From Portibacter sp. (lineage in GTDB: Bacteria; Bacteroidota; Bacteroidia; Chitinophagales; Saprospiraceae), in contig JBEBYC010000011.1 in assembly GCA_040391315.1 (NCBI GenBank), positions 46,962 to 110,961 on the forward strand: 64,000 bases of DNA, written 5' to 3'. The position numbers and the translations under genes were made by a program. Under the pieces are notes generated by a model. That model had not been told where the DNA came from and searched no databases. It worked only from the letters and a program-made list of their open reading frames with translations. Below are positions 46,219-55,200 of the stretch, piece by piece (positions within the stretch are counted from its first letter, which is position 1; every line of letters starts with the position of its first letter).

Positions 46219-49200
46219 TTACTCTACTACAATCATTTTCTTTGTAGCTGTAAAGTCACCGGATTTTAATGTATAATACATTACACCGGAAACCCCCAAT
46301 TCTTGCTTACTAATTAGTATCGTATTTAAACCTTTATGTCCATTCAATTGGAATTGCTTAATTTGCTTACCTAAAACATCATGAATTGACAAGGTAGCGT
46401 CTGCCGCTGCTGGTAAATAATAAGAAATTACAGTCTGAGCAATAAATGGATTCGGTTCATTTTGATAAAGAACAACTGCTTCATTATTTGCATTAGTAAA
46501 TCTCAGATCGACTTTACCAACTTTGAACGCTGCATCATAAGATTCTGACTTCGTTATTTCAGAGTTTAATGACAAGGCTTCTTCTAAGTTTCCAAAAGAT
46601 TTTGCTTTAAATTGCAATGTAAATAATACATCTCCCGCATTGAGTTCGACAGGACTCTTAGCAGCATAACTCATTGTAATTTTACCTTTTTCGTTAAATA
46701 CTCCAACCTGGCTCATATCTAAATTAAATACACCACGGTCAATACTAACCAATTCGAGGTTTTCTATATTCATTGTCAACTGATAACCTATAATACTTTG
46801 ATTGCCTTCACTCGTAAATGGAATTGAAATAAGTTCATCCTTTTCAAATGATTGAGATGCTACATTCATAACAAAAGCATTTGAAGTTCTGGCTTCAGTA
46901 GTAGGCTGTCTTAAATCTAATTCTACACTAGAGTTAACGTCTCCAATCTTAACAGCTACAAAGTCTTGCTTAGACATATTATCATTAATGCGAATATAAT
47001 CATATTGTTCTTTATAAGGCATTACATTAGGCATGCTCATCGATTGATGTTTCACTGGGAATCTCCAGCTATCATTTTTAAATTCATTTTTAACACCTAA
47101 GATGACCCTTCTGATTTCTGTCAAGTCTGATGCAGAAATATTGCCGTCATTATTAGCATCAGAAGCGATAAGTTGGTATGGATCTACAAAAGTCTCTAAG
47201 CCTAAGATATGACGTTGGATCATAACGATATCGATAGTACTTACACCATTTAGATAATCGTCATTTTTGATTACATGAACGTTATAATCAGCTTCTGACT
47301 GAACTTCCATACTGTAATCACCTGCCTTATCTGTAATAAACTGCTTAGGATATTCAGGTAAATTACTTTCGAAAACCACGATAGCATCACTTACGTTATT
47401 TCCGGTAGCTGTGGCCACATGACCTGAAACAATACGATTACCACCACAGCCAATAACTTTAAGTTCTGATTCGCAATAATCTGTATTCCATGCCTCATCC
47501 CATACATTAACGCGTACTGAGAATTCACCACAAGTAGTCCAAACCTTGCCAGAACTTCTCAATCCTGGAATCCACTTTTGTGCTCTTCCTTGATTGTATT
47601 CAGCAAGCGTTGCGTCTACACCTTCCAGCTGACCAGTTCTAGCCTTGAAGTAGTGTTCTACATTCAACTTACTCAAGACAGGATGAATCTCATCAAAAGT
47701 AAAGTACAATTTATTCTGAGGTGAACAATTATCATAAGCACCTCTATCAAAATCTTTAGCCCAGATTTCTACCATCTTAGGATTTGTTTGCATAATTGCA
47801 GTACTCAATTGTACACAATAAGGTGTCGGCGCCTTTTTGTCAACCACCATAACAGTGCTTTCACATTGATCAACATTTCCGCATCCATCCGTAATCTTCC
47901 ACAATATTTTGTGTTGGATATTTTCTGCAGGCAAAGTAAACGCAGGTAATTTAACACTTTCACCGCTTGCTTTTGTTGGTCTAACATAAGATACATAAAC
48001 AATATCATCTAAGATTACACCCTGGTGTTGAGCCTGTAACTGTGCCCATATAGGGTTTGGTTGCCCATTAATAAGCTTAGGTTGTGCGACCCACTGATTA
48101 GCCCATGCTTTATTTACAAAGCTAGAACCTAATCTGTCAACCGTTCCATTAGACCAACCGTCAAAGAATACCTGCCACTTAACCCAACTTTCTTCAGCAC
48201 AGATTAATGAATCTTTAGCATAAGCCTCAAGCACTACGTTTCCTTCACATCCACCATTTGGATTAGCTGGATTCACTACAGCAGGAAACATTTGATCAGC
48301 ACAAGCAACCTCAGGAGAAACTTCATCTTTGAAAGCATAATAATGTACAAACGGGCCTAATTCATCTCCAGAACACCAGCTCTTATATGTATAGGAAACT
48401 TTCCATTTCTTACAAGCGCCATCTTCAAAGAAGAATGTATCAATCTTAAATGTTTCACCTACGATATCACATTGACCATAGTTGACAATTGGTCGTTTTA
48501 TCCTTGAATTACTAGCGTCTCTTACATCATCCGCATTAAATGAACACTTATCCCATTCAGTTACTCCATTATTTTGAGCGAAGGTAACCGTAAATGGAAC
48601 TTTAATATCATTTACTGAAATCTTTTGAGTACATGTGGATTCAACGTTTCCTTTTTTCACTTTGAATGTTCTCGTGATCACACCACTTCCACATGCATCA
48701 AGACTGCCCTGATCAACATAAGAGATCGCAAGATTGCCACATAAGTCTATACTACTTGGGGTACCTGTCATACTCATGTCAACACTGTCTATAGATACCT
48801 CTTTACCGATACTTAAGTTTATGTCCATATCACAAGTTACTGTAACATCTACTGGACAAACGATAACAGGTGCAATTTTATTTTCAACTTGTACTGTTGC
48901 CCACGTTGTATTAAAGTTATCTTTCAGACCATTGATAATCTGATTATCCCCGATGATACCATTCATGTTACCATCATCCCAAACACGAAGTTCTACTACA
49001 TGTTCGCCAAAAACGTCACCAGCTGGAATATCTTCACAACAGAAAGTTACATATTCACCTCCATCCGTATCATTTGCATGGTCGTCAGGATGTAACCAAC
49101 TTACCCCTGGTGAAGCAGATGTCAATCCATTGTGATTGTTGTAAGTGGAGTTATTATTATGGTTATTTGATCCGACATTATAACAAGAACCGCCATCTAA

Positions 49201-52200
49201 ACGTCTCAATTCAAGCTTAACTCTTGTACATTGGTCATAAGAACCATTATCCACTTGCCATGCAAACAATTTAGCGTAACCATTTCCTGTTCCATCGTTG
49301 GAAAGTCCTAAAACAATATTTTGTTTCGCTATTGCGATAGGTGCCGTTGCGTCCACAACAGTTACTTTAAAACTGCATACGGACTCATTAGCACATTCAT
49401 CTTTATAGAAGTACTTGATTGTATGTACACCTTTATAGAAATAGTTACCATAAACATGTAATACTCCTGTTGAATCCTTCTCAGTTATAATTTCACCACC
49501 ACCATAAATCAGATATTTAAATTGCACTTTGTCAGAACAAGCATCAAATATCTGTCCAGGTTGAGGTAATTCAAGATCAACTCTACAAGTCCATGGATCT
49601 ACTGAAACTGTGATATCAGCAGGACAATCAATGACCTTAGGCCCTGATTTGTCTAATACCTTAATAACTTGAATATGTGTTCGTGGATTATCTGCAGATA
49701 TAGGATAACACATATTTCTAACTTTCCAATATCTTAGGATTTCATAACTTCCATTACAAATGTCGTATATCTCGTCTGTGTAATTTAAACTAACCATACA
49801 TAATCCACCGGATTTGTTAACCTGAATACCATTCAATAAAGGCCAGCCAGTATGGTTAGGATGCGTTAACTCAGGATTATTGATGACATCAGCACAATTG
49901 ATCGCCTGGTCAAATTCTATATCCGAAGGATAAACTACATCATCCAGATTTAAAGGTCTGATTGTAATATTTTGAATACACTCTGATTTTCGACCTTCAT
50001 CATCGATAACAGACCATATTCTCTTCACTGTCGCTCTAGGATTATCACAATTTCCAAATGTCGTCCATTCATCTTGATAAGCAATTTTTGCATTTTCTGC
50101 GCAAGATATAAGAACAGCCTCACCTAATAATAGGTGGCCGAGTGTATCTACAGCTTCTATGTCAAAATTACAAGCTACGACAGTATCTCTAGGACATTCC
50201 AAAATTGGAGTTAATTTTTCTTCGATATTAATATATCCCCAACATGAAACAAGGTTACCAGAAAGACAATCACTAATACTTACTTTAAATGTCTTGCCTT
50301 CATCTTCTAATGTAAACAGATTATCATGTGGGAAACCAAATAAATCTTCAATTGTGATACAATAATTATCATAACATCTGTAATTGTTTCCTTCAAGTAT
50401 CATATCAGCATTAACTATGGCCTGACAATCTGACCCTAATGATATATTCAATGCATCATTACAAGCTAACGTCGGATTTTGAGGAATGAATTCATTAACA
50501 GTTACGTTAAAGATACATGTACCAACATTTCCATAAATATCGAATACTTTCATTACGATGTTGTATGAGCCGATTGGCAATCTACTGATATCCGCCAATG
50601 TTCCATCTTCAAAATAATATCTGGTACTGTCAATACCACAATTATCCGTTGCAGGAGGAGTATATAAATCCAAGCTTCCTAAACATTCACCCGGACTAAG
50701 ATTAATAACTCTGTCAGGGCACCCAATTGTAAACATAGGTTCTTCTGTATCAAGTACCGTTACAGTAAATCCACAAGTATTGATATTGCCATATTGGTCA
50801 ATAAGTGTGTATTCAATAACAGTAACACCGACTTTAAAGATTCTCGTTTCTCTTAAACCTTGTAAGTTGATAGTTCCATTTGAATTTAGAATCACTTGAG
50901 TTTCATGTTCAAATTCACCTGTAACATCATTTGTAAATGTATAATCAACCGACACTGTACCAAAACAACAATTGTCTTTTAATATTGGATGTATCCAGCT
51001 GAAAGTAGTATCACATCTACCTGGTGCATTTTGTAATACTACATCACCTTGATCATAAGGTAATTGGTAGAGTATCTGAAGCTCCCAATTTACAAGAACA
51101 CCAGGTACGATACCAGTAGAATATATTTCCAATATCCATTCTCCCTCACCTTCTTCGCCATGGAATGCTTTAAAGGACTCAAGTGGTCTATAAGTGCCAC
51201 CCTGCCCCATTGGATTACATAATGCATTCGTAACACTTGGAGCTGGTACCCAAACAATTGTTTCATCTAGATTAATATCAATATTTGGTTGGTTATTACA
51301 TATACCACTAAACAATTCAATTCTTGTACCAGAAGGGCTACTCAAATAAGCGGTTACTGATCCTGCATTAGGAATTGTAATTTGTAGATTATGAATATTT
51401 ACATCATTTACAATACCTGCAGGCATTGTTATCGTAGACACCAAACAAGAATTAATATCAATATTTGAAGGTACCAATGTATTAATCACTTCAATTGAAT
51501 CGTGTTTGATACAATAAGGTGATTCTAAATCTTTGATTGTGATATTAAAAGTACATTCATCAACGGAAGGTGCATAATTTTGCAAACCTCTTGTTGTACC
51601 ATTTGGTGTCATAGTAGGCAAGCCAGGATTTAAAAACCCAAAACTTCCCGGATCACATGGTGTAGCAGCAATAAAATCAGACTGTAGGTCATGATCGCAT
51701 ACATTTTTACGTAAGATAACATTACCTTTTACTAAATCATTAATTGTTGCTTCGTCAATAACTCGATTTAAGAACGTAAAGCAATATTTGGCAATCTGCC
51801 CTGCAGGAATAGAAGTATTAAACGTATGGGTAAATGTACCTCCTACCGGTATTACGTTCGGATTAGGAATTACCCACATGATTGGATCTGGTGGATAAAT
51901 CGGTGTTGTCCCATATGTAGATTTATTATTTGCAGTTGGCACCATATAGGATTCAATTACGTTGCCATTCTCATCCTTTAATACAAAATTACTACAAGTA
52001 ATATCCATATTAGCAGGGCCAAAATTGGTCACCTCCATACCTGTAATGACACCATCCTGAACGATTTCTGTTATGAGGATCAACGGTTGATCTTCAATCC
52101 GATATTTAACTTGAGAAGTACCTACTGGGAAGAAATCTCCACTTGCATCCTCAAAACCGCATGCGATAACCTTACCATCAGGATCTTTCGTTTCGTATAG

Positions 52201-55200
52201 AATAGTTATATTATCTGGACAATTATCTTCAAATTTTACAGGAGCAATATTATTAACGATTGCACCACATTTTTCAGGATCATTTACCTGAGTCACATCA
52301 TTTGGACAAACAATTGAAGGTGGTGTATGGAAATCATTTACGATAATTTTTAATTCACAATAACTTTGATTACCAACAGTATCAGTTGCTAGATATGATA
52401 AAATAGTCAAACCAACCGGGAACAAGTCTCCAGAATTAAGCCCTGTGGAATCTGCTCTTTCAAGTCTTGAATATAAGCCCATACAATTATCATAAGCCCA
52501 TGGCAATTCAAAATTAACGAACGATGAACACCATCCTTGAGGGGCATCCACTACGATTGGGTCTCTAGGACAATTTTGGAAATCAGGTGCAATCAAATCT
52601 TCTACAGTTATGGTATAACAGAAGACATCCGCACAACCAAAAGGAGTAACCTGGAACGTTGTAACACAAATTTCATAAGCTTTACTTCTTATTGCAGGTG
52701 CAAAGAAGCCAGGAATAACCACTCTACCATCTCTTATGACTACAGAATCTAAATCTTGAACTGGAATTCCGTTGCCATAATGACCACCATCTGCACCAAT
52801 CTCATCAAATCCTGTCGTTGACACAACTAAATCTTTATCATCTAAATTAACCAATACCTGCTTTTCATCTACCCAATTGGCAGGGCAAACCGTGTAATCG
52901 CTAATATCAATATGCAGATCTTGACATGTAACCAAAATCTCTTGTGTATATTTAAATTCACATGGTTCATCACCTATGATGTATGTAAGTGAATATGAAC
53001 CGTCCAACCCATTCGGATCAAACATAAAGAATTCATCTCCTGTAAATGGAATACCGTCAGGGTCAACAAAGGACACACCTTGTCCGATCCACTCTCCGTA
53101 AACATCACCAGGATAAGCTCCTCGTATATCCGTAAGGCTCAACATACCTGCTGGAATCGGTGGATCACCTGTGCCATCCCATGCTGCTCCACCCAACCAT
53201 ACTGGTAACTGGTCACAACACATATATCCCGCACTCCAAACTGGATCTAACTTTTCTACTCTAAATACATCGTGTACCATTCTAAAACAACCGACTAAAG
53301 GACTATCTTCATCATATTGGTTCACCTGTCCATCAATAGACAATACATATGATATTGTAATCCAACCTGTTCCCGTTCCAAGTGTATATACACCATCTTC
53401 TGTTATAGTACCCGGATCATTAGTTGACCCTACATCTGGTAAGAATGCGGATATACCGAATCTTCCTTCAATTCTCGAACCCAAAGTTCCAACATCCTGA
53501 TGCCTGATATTCGTACCATCTGGCTGGGCGATGACTATATAAGGAGAGAAATCATACTGATTCTGGAATGGCTCAAAACATACCTCTGGCACATCCAAAT
53601 CCAGCTTATATCCCTCAAAATAATCCAATACCTGAACTACGCCTTTACAGAAACTCACATTTCCACTTGCGTCGGTCACTCTAAGACGCACAATATGCTG
53701 TCCTTTATCATCACAGTCAAAATCTAATGAAGGTGCATAATCAATACCATTTCTTGATATCTCCAATAGAAGATCTCCAAAACAATTGTCCGTACTTCCT
53801 CCATCTATATATATTGAATCCTGTATGTCCGAAGCATATACAGTTCCTGCGCCTTCGTTATTTAGGTGCAATTGGACAGTCAGACATATCGCGTTGGGTG
53901 CCTGATTATCTTCAACCGTTATTGAGAAATTACAAATTTGCGTTTCAGAATCATCATCATAATCACCGTCACCGTTGATGTCCACCTGCATTGTATAGGT
54001 AATCACAGTCGTTCCAAGCTCAAAAGCATATCCATCTGGAATATTGTGTGTTCCTATATCCGTATCATTGGTTTCCACAACTGTACCAGATACAGGATTT
54101 GTAAATCTGTAATTGATAATACTTGAACAGCCTATTCCCTGATAAGGTGCAAGACCATTGACTACTCTCGAACAGAGATCTACATCTGTTGATATTGTCA
54201 AATCACGCGGACATTCCAATATCGGGTCGCCGGAAGTAACTTCTACGTTAAATGCGCATACTGACGGGATACCATTACAAGATACGGCTTGGTAAGAAAC
54301 AAGATATGTACCTGGTGTAAGGATAGACCCTGGTAGTGGTCCACTTATCTGGTAAATACCAGGCTCAGTAATAGCTGTAAAGCTCGGCGGTAACGTTGTT
54401 CCTGCGAATAATGTCACATCCGTAGTTGGATTTTCTAAATATCCTCTATATGGAATAGCTTGACTGCCTCCACATCCTTCTAACGCAACGGGTATTGACC
54501 AACCCACTGGAATATTACATTCTAATGTCTGCGCAAATATGTACCCGCTCTCATTACAATTAACATAAATAGCAGGTTCGTCATTTATAACTTGAATTTT
54601 TTCTGTCGCATCTACAGAAAATGCTATATTAACATTACAACCAGCAGCGGCAAGAATATCTTCAATAACAGCTCCAACGATAGGAATCGCACCGATAGGT
54701 AATAAGTCAAGCAAGTTTATTCCCTCTATACCCAAATCACCACATACATCAGAAGGAGAATTTACCCATCCACCTACGGCTCTAACTGTAATTGCACCAA
54801 CTCCGCGTACCCGATTAGGTATAGAAAAACTTGTAAATCCGTTACTCGGGAATGGACCATCATCAACCAAATAGTCAAAGGCTCCATCGCCATCTGTATC
54901 TGCCATCACTAAATATCCACCTCCATCACCACCGGCAAGTTGAGATATCAGCCCTAAAACGAATTGCGCTATTGTCTTTTCGCATCCTAAAAGTTTATAT
55001 AAAGCACCTAACGGACGCCAACCAAAAATTTTAAATCCAAAAATCGAACAAATCACATTCATTCCTGGGAATGATTTCAATTTTTTCCCACCCGCTACTT
55101 GACTTGCATCTATTCCAAAAAGTGATACATTAAAATTACCAGTTATCTCGTCCTGATTACACCCTGCAACTCCACCATCAAAATTGATAACTGAGGTTAA